This document shows positions 25,501 through 37,600 of a stretch of 64,000 nt of DNA, in pieces. This DNA comes from Bugula neritina (taxonomy: Eukaryota; Animalia; Bryozoa): assembly GCA_964035545.1 (NCBI GenBank), contig OZ037765.1:4908698-4972697 (forward strand), read 5' to 3'. Every line of letters starts with the position of its first letter. Position 1 is the stretch's first letter. The translations under genes were made by a program, and so were the position numbers. The notes below the pieces were generated by a model, which ran no database searches, was not told where the DNA came from, and was given only the letters and a program-made list of their open reading frames with translations.

Positions 25501-28500
25501 TCTCACAACCATGGTAGTGATGTGACCATACTACGGACTGCTATTACTGTCACTATTGTTACTGTAACTAAGACTAAGTACTAAAAGTACCAGCACTACT
25601 ACTATTACTGCTACTTCTACTTCTGCTACTACTTCTACTACTACTTCTACTGCTACTGCTACTTCTACTGCTACTACTACTACTACTTCTACTTCTACTG
25701 CTACTTCTACTGCTACTACTACTACCATTATTGCAGTCTACTATGTTACATAAGTCACTAAACACTCACAGTTTGTCCAGATTGGTCAAGATAGATAAGT
25801 CATCTCTATCAATTTTAGTCAGCTTGGCACCAATGATAGATCTAAGAACAAAAGTAACAGCACATTTAATTACTTGTTATTACATCAAGGCATTATAATA
25901 GACGATGTAAAGTTGGTACATTTAGTACCTTGTACCAACTCTAGAATACTCACCACTAAAACTTATATAAACTTCTGCAAGTTCAAATGCAAAATGCATA
26001 CTTTTAGAAAATAGCTGTGCAACTTTTATTACATGCATTATTTTATTTCATATCTTAAATTTATGAACCATGAGTTCATTTTTCAAAATGTTTAAATTAA
26101 GTGCTCAAAAAATGCAATTAAAATTTTTATTCTTGCACAAATACCCTGGTGCAGTTTGACCACAACCCCAGCTGTTTTGGCAAACACATTTAATGGTTTT
26201 TTTTATTGACATAGTGGTGAATGAGCTGGTTGTTTTTGGCAGTTGGGTAGACTTGAAGCTTGGCAGCTTTTAAACAATTCTGATTGGCAGGATTTTACAC
26301 GATAAGTTGATGTTTGTATCTGATTGGCCTAATAATGCATTTGCATTTGAAAATGTAGAGTTTTATTTAAGCTATAATGGTGATATTTTAGAGTTGGCAC
26401 ACACCCCTTTTGGGTTGAGTTTTATAGTCTGTTCCTGCTGTAGTCATCTACAACAACAGTGTATAGGGAAATTATTAGTATTACGAAATCTGTTTTGGCT
26501 TACTTTGCTATGCCAGTATTCTGACTTAGTTTTGTTATAATCAACTATGTTGGCAGTTAAAACTGAGGGTGATTTCATCAAAGGTAGACATTGCTGAGGC
26601 CTTAGAACATCAAATCAACCAGTGCTGTTACTTGGTTGTATTGTAAAGCAGTAGTGAGAGCATAGCACACTATCACAGTCACTGAGCTGCAATGACAGTA
26701 TGTAAGGCACGTCAAAACACTAGCCTAGTCTCTGTTAGTATGTAGAGCAGTAGCACAGTTACAGCAGTCACACCACCCCTCTCTATCCTGTCTACCAAGC
26801 ACAGAGGTTGCAATAATGATAATCATTTCATGATTTAGTTTTAAATCAATGCATACTACTAAATACATTCTCATAGTCTAATGTAATAAATTATAAAAAA
26901 GTTGTTTAACATGCACATTACAAATGCATTAGCCTACGCTAACTATAAATTATTTGCTTGTGTATACCCGCACTATTATTTTATTTTAAATTTGTAAAAC
27001 AGTAGCTTTTTACTCTGTCACATATTCATCTGCATTGGATTTAAATGCACAGCTATTAGCAATAGATAATGTAGAAATTTTGTATAAAAATGAGTATTAG
27101 CATGTAGTGCCTTGCATGTGGGTCTATATTGTTTTGACGTGCCTTACATAAGATAATATAATAGAACTGACGAGTTTGGTGTAGCCACTGTCATTGCAGC
27201 TCAGTGACTGTGATAGTGTGCTATGCTCTCACTACTGCTTTACAATAAAACCAAGTAACAGCACTGGTTGATTTGATGTTCTAAACCCTCAGCAATGTCC
27301 ACCTTTGATGAAATCACCCTCAGTTTTAACTGCCAACATAGTTGATTATAACAAAACTAAGTCAGAATACTGGCATAGCAAAGTAAGCCAAAACAGATTT
27401 CGTAATACTAATAATTTCCCTATACACTGTTGTTGTAGATGACTACAGCAGGAACAGACTATAAAACTCAACCCAAAAGGGGTGTGTGCCAACTCTAAAA
27501 TATCACCATTATAGCTTAAATAAAACTCTACATTTTCAAATGCAAATGCATTATTAGGCCAATCAGATACAAACATCAACTTATCGTGTAAAATCCTGAT
27601 AATCAGAATTGTTTAAAAGCTGCCAAGCTTCAAGTCTACCCAACTGCCAAAAACAACCAGCTCATTCACCACTATGTCATTAAAAAAACCATTAAATGTG
27701 TTTGCCAAAACAGCTGGGGTTGTGGTCAAACTGCACCAGGGTATTTGTGCAAGAATAAAAATTTTAATTGCATTTTTTGAACACTTAATTTAAACATTTT
27801 GAAAAAATGAACTCATGGTTCATAAGTTTAAGATATGAAATAAAATAATGCATGTAATAAAAGTTGCACAGCTATTTTCTAAAAGTATGCATTTTGCATT
27901 TGAACTTGCAGAAGTTTATATAAGTTATAGTGGTGAGTATTCTAGAGTTGGTACAAGGTACTAAATGTACCAAATTTACATCGTCTATTACTATCCTTTA
28001 CCAGACACAGCGACACTGAAGCTTCTAGCAAGCATATATTTGTGTCCCAGTTTGAAAGAAGAAACACGAGGGCTTAGTAGAAAGAGAGTAGAGTATCTAG
28101 CCAGGCCTACAGTGACTGTGATACCATAGTTATACGCCATTGAGTGTTAAATAGACATAGAGGTTGTTTACACAGGAATAATAGGTGCTTCACACTAGTG
28201 TTGGTTGCTGGTTTAGTCTTAGCACTGGCAATGGCTTATTATAATTGAGTTTTTGCTAACTTGACAGCTTTTCCTTGCATATGACACAAAGTAAACTGTA
28301 GAAATAGTTAGTTTAAATAAATATGAATATAACAGTTAAAATAAACTTATATTTTCTTGTATCAGCTGCAAAATATCAGATGGCATATGCATAAGTTAAT
28401 ATTTCAAGTGGAGTAGCTGAAATTATATGAGTGAGTTATGACAGATCTAATATAGTATGTGTAGTGAATACAGTAGTATGTGTAGTGAATATAGTAGTAT

Positions 28501-28898
28501 GTATAGTGAATATAGTAGTATGTGTAGTGAATATAATAGTATGTGTAGTGAGTATAGTAGTATGTATAGTGAGTATAGTAGTATGTATAGTGAATATAGT
28601 AGTGTGTATAGTGAATATAGTAGTATGTATAGTGAATATAGTAGTATGTATAGTGAATATAATAATATTTTACAATATTTACTCACAGCTGGGTGGTGGT
28701 GGTAGGTAACCCCAGTGAACCGATATCATCAATGTCACCTTGAGTACACTCCACCTTGAACCTGGTGCCATCTATTCTGCCCTGACAGGTACACTGACTG
28801 CCACAGACAGGTGGATCTGCCACTGTCTGGGCACACAGCAGTGAGCTGAGCAAGACAAAAGGCACAACCAGCCCCAGCACTGGCCCACTGCCAGTCAT
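11347..28898 (-). CDS. ADGRA3: Adhesion GPCR of family A (ADGRA2/ADGRA3 = GPR124/GPR125-like): signal peptide, LRRNT, 5 LRR, LRRCT, Ig, HormR, GAIN/GPS, 7TM, long cytoplasmic tail; ~1601 aa
   Basis: 19 phase-consistent coding exons: 28687-28898, 25770-25841, 25106-25177, 24211-24282, 23691-23762, 23211-23282 (five 72-nt LRR exons, e.g. NLSGNSISSIEPGAFSSLQALTRL), 22471-22631 (LRRCT, LVCDCRM), 21866-22082 and 21220-21320 (Ig), 18535-18740 (HormR, CPEVTTETDKGKYKWPRT), 18131-18289, 17850-17944, 17163-17397, 16323-16503, 15495-15715 (GPS, WRRDGC...CDHMASYSLL), 14939-15081, 14041-14223, 13685-13861 (NIYKK...PPNPMLKFYLFAWGVPIIVCGIT, an ADGRA hallmark), 11347-13501. The symbol denotes the family; it is probably co-orthologous to ADGRA1-3. 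Confidence 0.9.
16658..16863 (+). mobile_element. tRNA-derived SINE, second subfamily
   Basis: Box A TGGGCTAGTGG, box B GGTTCGAATCCC, same core (ttggtgatgttaggaagagcattcagtc) and tail (tctcacaggg...ccgtgag). Confidence 0.85.
22640..22733. repeat. Tandem repeat, 26-bp unit aagtataacttaagtatttaaagtat, ~3.5 copies
   Basis: Visible; lies next to the acceptor of the LRRCT exon. Confidence 0.9.
25540..25730. repeat. Degenerate (CTA/CTG/CTT)n trinucleotide microsatellite
   Basis: Runs of ctactactgctacttctact. Confidence 0.9.
25887..27998. mobile_element. Foldback / long-TIR non-autonomous DNA element (~820-bp inverted arms, ~410-bp spacer)
   Basis: ~25895-26719 is the reverse complement of ~27130-27990 at roughly 98% identity by eye; the identical 77-aa ORFs at 26307(+) and 27346(-) reflect this; no transposase. 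Confidence 0.85.
28450..28665. repeat. Minisatellite, 21-bp unit tagtgaatatagtagtatgt(g/a), ~10 copies
   Basis: Visible tandem array ~20 bp from the ADGRA first coding exon donor. Confidence 0.95.
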
Positions 28899-30319
28899 GG
28901 TTTAAACCAGACCAGCTTCTGCAAGAGAGAGAGAGGGAGATTAGTTGCAAACCATGGCTAACCAAGCAGCTAGACTTTTACCAAGGGATTTACTTAGCAG
29001 TGTTCTTGGGCCCATGTTCAGTAATCTCAATTCAACACCTTTTCCTTCCAACTTATAGTTTCTCAATGGAGACTGAAGCTATAAGGAATACTAGACTTGT
29101 AGTGGTTGTTCAACTAGACAGAGTATTGCTATACTGGTGTGAGAATGAAACCACAGTACATACCTACTGGGAGTTTAGTTTACCAACAGTACAATGAAAG
29201 CAACACAATTGATTCACACAAAAACCAAATCTACCCACAATTTGTTGGATAGCCTGGTGAGAAATAAGGAGGTAACACAATAGTTTTTATAGTGAAACAG
29301 TACACTATTGTAAAACTTGTGAATCTAGGTGAATGAACACACCTACTAATGCATACAAAGTGAATTTTAATCACCCAAATCACTTTCTATGGACAGTAAC
29401 TGTAATTATAATAAAACTCCTTTACTTTAAGCAGAGCAGCCAGACTTCTGGTAATACTAAATATTTATTTAGCTAATTCATAGAGCAAAAGTTTAACAAA
29501 TGCAAGTATAATACGACTAGTCCATGAAAAGATGCTATAATTGCTGATGTTAATTTGAACAAAATCAAAGACCATATGAATGAATGATTCAAATAATTTG
29601 CCAAATACAATTATTCGCTTAGTATACGATACCTTTCATATTCATAGTGATAGTAATAGGCAAATATTAGGTCACAGTTTACATGGATTGTGAGTGTAAA
29701 CTGATATTAGAAACAGATCAAATTATCATGCTTGATTTGCCTGTTTAAATTAGCTGATTTTTAGTTTAACAGTTAATCAGCTGAACTAAAAATCAGCTAA
29801 TTTAAACATGACTTAATCTGGCTACGTGCTTCTGCCCAAACACCTGCACAATTATGCCAACTGCATTCTTTTACTCTGCCCATAAAAAAGAAATTTAGCT
29901 TTAAACAGCATAAAAAGTACAATATATAGGAAAGCTTAAGACTGCCCTAGGTTATTATTAATTAAATCCAGCTCAAAAGTAATATTAATTATTAAAAATT
30001 AGCCAATAAATTGCGCTTATTTTGAGATTAAAGTCATTGATATTATAAATTAGGTATTGTACTACGTTTTAATAAAAAAGGATTTCAAATTTTTGCTATA
30101 AAAATTGCTCAAACAAAATCTTAATGACTATTTAAATTATTGTAAATGAAAACAAAACAAAACTTTGCATTCTTCATTTTGATTGCCCAGATTTCATTTC
30201 CATGAAAGAGCATAACATGAAAAAGTAAAGTCAGGTAGTAATATTTCACCACATGGTATTCATGTGTACATGGGGATGAGCAGTGGCAGTTTAGTGGTGA
30301 GATAGAGCACTGGACCAGT

Positions 30320-31375
30320 ATAACTATAGGTATTAATATTAGTTATTACTATTACTAATTCTAAAGCATTAGTAATACTATAAGTATAAGTATTTATTAT
30401 AAATTTATTAGTATTACTTATTAGTATTACTATTAGACTTAGCACTACTATTAGTATAAGTATTTAGTTTTACTCATTTAGTATGAGTATCTAGTTTCAC
30501 TATTACTATTAGTTTTACCTCGTCCTTTAACTTTACCTTTAAGCTAAATATCAAATTTAATAATAATGTAAATATTTAATAATTATAACATATCATTTTA
30601 ATACTAATCATCTAAAGTTAATCACTTCAAGCTAGTGTAATATACTTATAGTTAGATACTAATAGTAATACTAGTATTATAGTAATAACAAGAATATTGA
30701 ATTAATAAAAGTAACTGTAAGTGTAATGTTCATAGTAATACTCATAGTGATAGAGTTAGTGTTACTTTTAGACTTAAAGTGTTACTGTTAGACTTTAGAC
30801 TTAGAGTATCGCTATGAGTATGACTAAGACTTGACTATGAGTATGATTCTATCACTATGATACGACACTATGACTATGACTATGAGTAATTGAGTATGAC
30901 TACGATACTCACTATGAGTATGACAGTGACACTCATTATCAGTATTACTATTAATATCACTACGAGTATGACTATCAGATTCAGTATCACTATGACTATG
31001 ACCATTGAACTACAACCCCCATAGTTTCAGTTCAGTGACTATGACTATGAGTATGATAGTCATTGTCATAATGATAACCATGATAGTCAGTAAGTCAGTA
31101 TGAGTATGAGTATCAAATTGATTATCACTATCAGTATCACTCTATCAGTATCAGCATGACTATCACAATCACTACGAGTGTGAGCATGACTCTAAGTCTA
31201 TGAGTATGAGTATAACTATGAGTATGATTATGAGTATCACTATCACTACCAACTAATAGTAATAGTAATACTATCAATTATTATTAATATTATTATTTAT
31301 AATAATAATATTAATATTTAATTATCATTAAATTTAATATTATGAATTATCAGTATCAGTATCAGTATGTTAATG
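30320..31375. repeat. Degenerate 3/6-bp periodic tract (atgagt/atgact/atcact/atcagt; tagtattac)
   Basis: Visible periodicity; same vocabulary as 56995-57125 and 57655-58420. Confidence 0.75.
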
Positions 31376-31499
31376 TTATACAAAACTTTCAAGATTTTAC
31401 CTGCCATAGCATATATGATATATATTTCTTTTCACCGTAGACAGAAACAGTAATACTAATATTATACTTATACTTTTTTGTAGAGCAATTCGCAGACCA

Positions 31500-31760
31500 A
31501 TCTGAACAAAATCTCACCGAGCTTCAGTTTAATAAACCAAGTGTCAACAATGGTGGCCAACTATGAAAATTCTCAATTGTTGCCCCAAATGTTACGACAA
31601 TAGTTGGGCTGGCCAAAACCACATTATGGTCCACTAGAGCGCCAGACCGCAGTTCTGCTTTGCACGCATTTGGTACAGCGCTATTTTAAAGGTAAACAAC
31701 TCCTAATATGAAAGTGTTAATTTACTGTTGGAACGATAACTCCGATAAAACCACGCTAGT
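31500..31760 (-). promoter_or_regulatory. Candidate ADGRA promoter / non-coding first exon
   Basis: CpG-enriched patch; minus-strand donor-like CG|gtgaga near 31516; the ATG exon has an upstream acceptor (ctctcttgcag at ~28919), so a 5'UTR exon should exist upstream. Confidence 0.4.
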
Positions 31761-34616
31761 GTTCTAGAAGCCCCAGAAGCTTTTTGGGAACCTTTTAGTG
31801 GACTTAACTATGTTGAACAATATTATAATAATACAAACCGTTATAAGAATACTAACAAAAAAGAGTATTTCAAACTCTAGGCAGAATCAAAGGGACACAA
31901 TGATCAAAAAAAGTGTTAGAGGACTGTATTTATACTTTAATTCTTCATCATTTAGTATTTTAACTAGATTCAATTCTTTATGACAATCAAAAAAAATTAT
32001 AACAGTTAAAATAAAAAATTTGCATCTAGAATAAACAATACTGTTCAGATTTTAAAAAATTGTTGCTACTTTACCCTAGTTTCGTACAAACATGCAGTTG
32101 GTAAGTATAAACATACTGAAGTTCGGTACAAGATCTGCATATATACTATGATTATCATTATATTATGCTGTTTTACATTTTTCTTGTCATAAAAATTATT
32201 AATTTACCTATTTCTATTAGATATTAAAATTCACCGATTATTACTAACATATATATGTATAAGTTTTAACTATTTGATGTATAGTTGTGAAAAAACACTA
32301 ACATCAACAGTAGTTAATGCTGAATAGTTTGATGTATTACAAAAGTTACAGTTTAAATTATCCCTAGCAATATCTAGCCTACATCACGCATAGCAATTGA
32401 TATTAAATGGCGAGTTTGTAATAAGATGCCACCTAAATTCAAGGAGGTGAAATCATCTTGAAGTTTCAAAGCCACTTTGCACATATATAGCTTTTTTATA
32501 TTTTATTTCTCATTATTGCATCAATTAACTTTTTTTCTGTAATACTGCAAACTGCTCTATTTATTGTTTTTATAATTTATTTATTTTATTATTTTTTTAT
32601 TGATGTCAATGATTAATATAAATACATGCACGCCTTCCTATTTCATACATAAAATGTTCCTAATTCAGTCACTGCATATATTAAATATTATTCGGCAATA
32701 ATCAATCGCTTAGGATATAAGTAGTTCAAATTGAGCTCTGTGTATAGCTAAACATGGAGGTAGGCTGCCGTATTGGTTTATTTGACCATATAAATAGGAA
32801 CATCCTCTTAAGTAGCATTTCCCATGTGACTATGTAGGTTTATATGCTAGAGCAACATGAAATAGTTTGATATATTATGTTGATAGCTCTCATTCTTGTT
32901 GTTGTCAAGTTTTAACTTTTCAATCAATCCCTTGCCTCAATTTTTTATCAACAATATAATTAGTGTGGAGCAGTAAACATTGCACAGACTATACTAGTCT
33001 GAATATAACTAGTCAGTTTTATATTTCAATAGTTGATTAGTTTGACCTGCAGGCGGTCACTTATGCTATCTGTAGAGTAAAATATTCAGATGCTAAAACT
33101 GTACATGACCATTAGCAGTTGTTTTAAGTATAGTAAACTAACGACTAATTTTATTGTAATGCATATAATTGGAATATCGTGCTAATAGTGCCACGTGTAG
33201 CTGCTACTTTGATAGTCAGAATCCTGATCCTTTTCCATTAACGCTATACACTTACGGAATAGCATTGTCCTTCAGCATTGCTAGTAGCAACATTGATTAA
33301 AAGGAATAAGTAACTCCAGACTAATGTTAAATTTATGTAATAGAAATGGACCTTGTATTATATGAAAATAATATTAATGCATTTAATTAAATTGATTTTA
33401 CTAATCCCCTTTTAAATATTTTGTAAAGTTTATAGAATGTTCTTAGTAAACATGCTTAATATTATACCACAAAAGTGCACTTAATTGTAGTAACAATCCC
33501 AATCTTAATGTCTGTAAGAAAATAATCTGTATTTCACAAAAGGTTAATTATTAAAAACATAATAAAATATAATATTGTCTAATAGTGTACAATATTCATA
33601 CTTTCTTTTAAATTTGTCGATGAAATGAATCAAGTATAATAACAAATAACAGCTTTTAAACCAAAACTGATATCAAACACTAAAATAAACCTAAATAAAC
33701 ATGTTGTGATACTCAATAGATAACATTGGCAGTAATAGGAAATAAGGCTAATATTAATCTAAGGATCCACCATTACTGAAAGGATTTCAAAGAAATGGCA
33801 ATATAATAAACATATATTGTAATCATAAAACACCATTGACAAATTTCATATTAAATCATAATAACCACCATGATTAGTATACATATTATATATAGACTTA
33901 AGTTTACATACAGCTTTTATTAAAAGAGAAGACAACTACATTACATTACATATCATACAAGAATATGAAACAGTAAATGAAGTATACACAATGACGAGCA
34001 GTCCATGGCTACACACAGATATACAACAGTAGTAGCAACGGGGAGAGCAGGATAGCAACAAAATAGTACATCATAGAAATTTCAGCCCTGAACCATTACG
34101 AGGGTTTCACACATATTCAGAATGAGCCTGGAAATAAAGTGAAATTTGTAAAAACATTTTATAGAAGAGTTTAAAGCTATAAAATAGATCCACTGTTTTC
34201 TACTTGGGTCTAAAGCTGAAACACAGATTGAATGTTAGGATGCACAACTAACTGTTACATCCACAATAAGGGTAAACATATAGAAAGCTACAAGTTATGA
34301 AATGAATCAACTATGTCAGGTGGGAGGGGAGACACGGAAACAGAGATTTATTTCTTATTGCATTCAGCACAGCTAGCATTGTTCATGTGCTCATTGCTTG
34401 TACATTTTACTAACTCTTAGGTCTTAAACTGCCCATTAGACTTCACAACAATTATACTGACACACAACTAACAATGAAATAGCTTTACACAGGCATAACA
34501 CCAAAACATGAAACCAATATACCACACTGAATATTCTATAATATAGCAATTGTATTCACACAATATTCAGTACAATCAGAGTTGCCCCCTCCTGTCTAAC
34601 ACTCGTTCTCTATAAA

Positions 34617-37600
34617 CTACATATGACATGACTGTTTGCGACGCCAGAATCGGGCTTTGTTACGAACGTCGGGCACAGCCAGGCTGTTTTTACTGACCTC
34701 ATCATTAATGGGATCTTCAATTTTTTCATCATCATGTTCAGCCATTTCACTGTCTTCACCCTGAATATACAGTGAGAGTAGGGAGCATACAGTGAGAGTA
34801 GTGAGTATAGAGTGAGAGTAGTGAGTAGTGAGTATATAGTGAGAGTAGTGAGTATAGAGTGAGAGTAGTGAGTATACAGTGAGAGTAGGGAGTATACAGT
34901 GAGAGTAGTGAGTATATAGTGAGAGTAGTGAATATACAGTGAGAGTAGTGAGTATACAGTGAGAGTAGTGAGTATAGAGTGAGTAGTGAGTATAGAGTGA
35001 GAGTAGTGAGTATATAGTGAGAGTAGTGAGTATACAGTGAGAGTAGTGAGTATATAGTGAGAGTAGTGAGTATACAGTGAGAGTAGTGAGTATACAGTGA
35101 GAGTAGTGAGTATATAGTGAGAGTAGTGAGTATATAGTGAGAGTAGTGAATATACAGTGAGAGTAGTGAGTATACAGTGAGAGTAGTGAGTATATAGTGA
35201 GAGTAGTGAGTATACAGTGAGAGTAGTGAGTATACAGTGAGAGTAGTGAGTATACAGTGAGAGTAGTGAGTATACAGTGAGACTAGTGAGTATACAGTGA
35301 GAGTAGTGAGTATACAGTGAGAGTAGTGAGTATATAGTGAGAGTAGTGAGTATACAGTGAGAGTAGTGAGTATACAGTGAGAGTAGTGAGTATACAGTAA
35401 GAGTAGTGAGTATACAGTGAGAGTAGTGAGTATATAGTGAGAGTAGTGAGTATACAGTAAGAGTAGTGAGTATAGAGTGAGAGTAGTGAGTATACAGTGA
35501 GAGTAGTGAGTATACAGTGAGAGTAGTGAGTATGCAATGTGAGTAGTGAGTATATAGTGAGAGTAGTGAGTATACAGTGAGAGTAGTGAGTATACAGTGA
35601 GAGTAGTGAGTATATAGTGAGAGTAGTGAGTATATAGTGAGAGTAGTGAATATACAGTGAGAGTAGTGAGTATACAGTGAGAGTAGTGAGTATACAGTAA
35701 GAGTAGTGAGTATAGAGTGAGAGTAGTGAGTATACAGTGAGAGTAGTGAGTATACAGTGAGAGTAGTGAGTATGCAATGTGAGTAGTGAGTATATAGTGA
35801 GAGTAGTGAGTATACAGTGAGAGTAGTGAGTATACAGTGAGAGTAGTGAGTATATAGTGAGAGTAGTGAATATACAATGCAATCAATAAACTACTAGAGT
35901 TAGATTAGAAAAAAATCAAAATGTAAAAACAAACAACCCACAAACACAATTTACAAGAACGAAATTATATAAAACAAATTTTATAATAAAAATTCATGTA
36001 CAAAGTTAAATAATTTAGCATATATACCACAAATCTCCTACTTGCAACAGTTGAGTGAGTAGCCAGTACTAACTAACCTGTGGAGGAAGGTTGGGCACAA
36101 GAGAGCCCCGTGCTTTCATGTGGCTAGCTGCAGGAGAAATAGGCTGTGAAGCTCTTCTGTTCAGCAATATGCTTGCCATTGAGACATTTCGTTCACTACC
36201 ATTGTATATAGAACTTGGCCTAGATACAATCTTTGTATCCCTGTTCACCTGGAACATATTATTTCAAAAATTTCCCACACCATTGCATTACCACATGTTG
36301 TAATAAATTGATCATCTGCCAGAAACATGTCATATCTCCAGCAGGTGGAATATTTCAGTATCAACAGTGTAGCCATTGTAAACAGTTCTTTACATTGTTA
36401 CCATAAATATATGCATAAAAATTCAGAAGACATGCATAAAAAGTTCAAAATATATACAGGAAAATTAAGAAGTATGGTAAAAATAGTTATTTAGTAGTCA
36501 CTGCAACAAAAAGTCACACAAAAAACAACACACCTCGCAGTTAAATTTTGAGAAAAAGCTTCAAACATTTGAATTAATCAATGGCTGATATTCCTTGTGC
36601 CAGAATTCTATCACTCACTTCTACATAAACACGACACTATTACCAAACTAGGTAAACTAAAAACTATAATTTGAATAAGGATCTTACAAAACCTCCACAC
36701 AACAAATTGAAAAAGGAAGCTTCTGAACATTTTTTACAGAATACAGATAATAAAAAGTAGTGCCATGACGGGATTTAAAACTATTCTTCTTACAATTTAA
36801 GCTCATCCGGATGCTTTGAACAGAATAAAGATTGCAGACAGTTTGGGGAAAAAGACAAGCAATTCGAGAAACGGGCAACATATCAAGAAGTAAAAGGAGT
36901 GGTACATAAGCTTAAATGAGGAGAGAAATAGACTGCATGTCATACGAGTCTCACTTCAACTGAGCAGTGCTGCCAACAGTGGTGTACTGCTAACAGGGGT
37001 GTGCTGCTAACAGTGGTGTGCTGCTAACAGTGGTGTACTTCTAACAGTGGTGTGCTGTCAACAGGGGTGTGCTGCCAACAGGGGTGTACTGTCAACAGGG
37101 GTGTACTGTCAACAGTGGCGTTCTGAGTGATAACAGAGCAAGTATGTGAAGAAAAGAGATGGAGTCACACAGTAAACAAGTATATAGAAATGTCTTTGTG
37201 GAAAGAAAGCAACACTCTGGGTACGCAGATTAGTGAAAATATTACTTTAAGCTGTGCAGAAGCATGCCAAACTTTTTTGGCTCAAGCTCAAAAATTCTAT
37301 ATACCTCTTGCGCTGCCTCCTCATAATATAAACTTAATGTGTAGTCAGACTGTAATATTGTAGATGACCAACATGGATTGATATAATCTTAATGTAAACG
37401 GATCTTTAGCTTTATGAACAACGCTTATTTCAATTGTTATTACTCTTTAAGTTTTATATACTGCGCAGGGAAATAATAAAGTTCTACTGATAGAATTACA
37501 TTTTGTATGAACTGACATGCTAGACTTCAACTTGATATATGAATGAATTACTAAATTATATTACTGCATAACTAATTATATTACTTGCAATGAATATATA

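Noticed and set aside
25531-25765. Ser/Arg- and Val-rich ORFs
   Set aside because: Trinucleotide microsatellite translations.
26307-27579. Two identical 77-aa ORFs on opposite strands
   Set aside because: By-product of the inverted repeat; TTG start, no recognisable domain, not transposase-like.
28431-28709. Repetitive ORFs on both strands
   Set aside because: 21-bp minisatellite translations.
34617-34635. CaaX prenylation signal at the SLC26 end (QSCHM)
   Set aside because: Cys is third from the end, not fourth.
34756-35886. 376-aa and 199-aa ORFs
   Set aside because: Translations of a stop-poor 20-bp minisatellite inside an SLC26 intron.
36967-37122. CRISPR-like periodicity (also other arrays)
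   Set aside because: Head-to-tail repeats without unique spacers, no cas genes, eukaryotic intron context.
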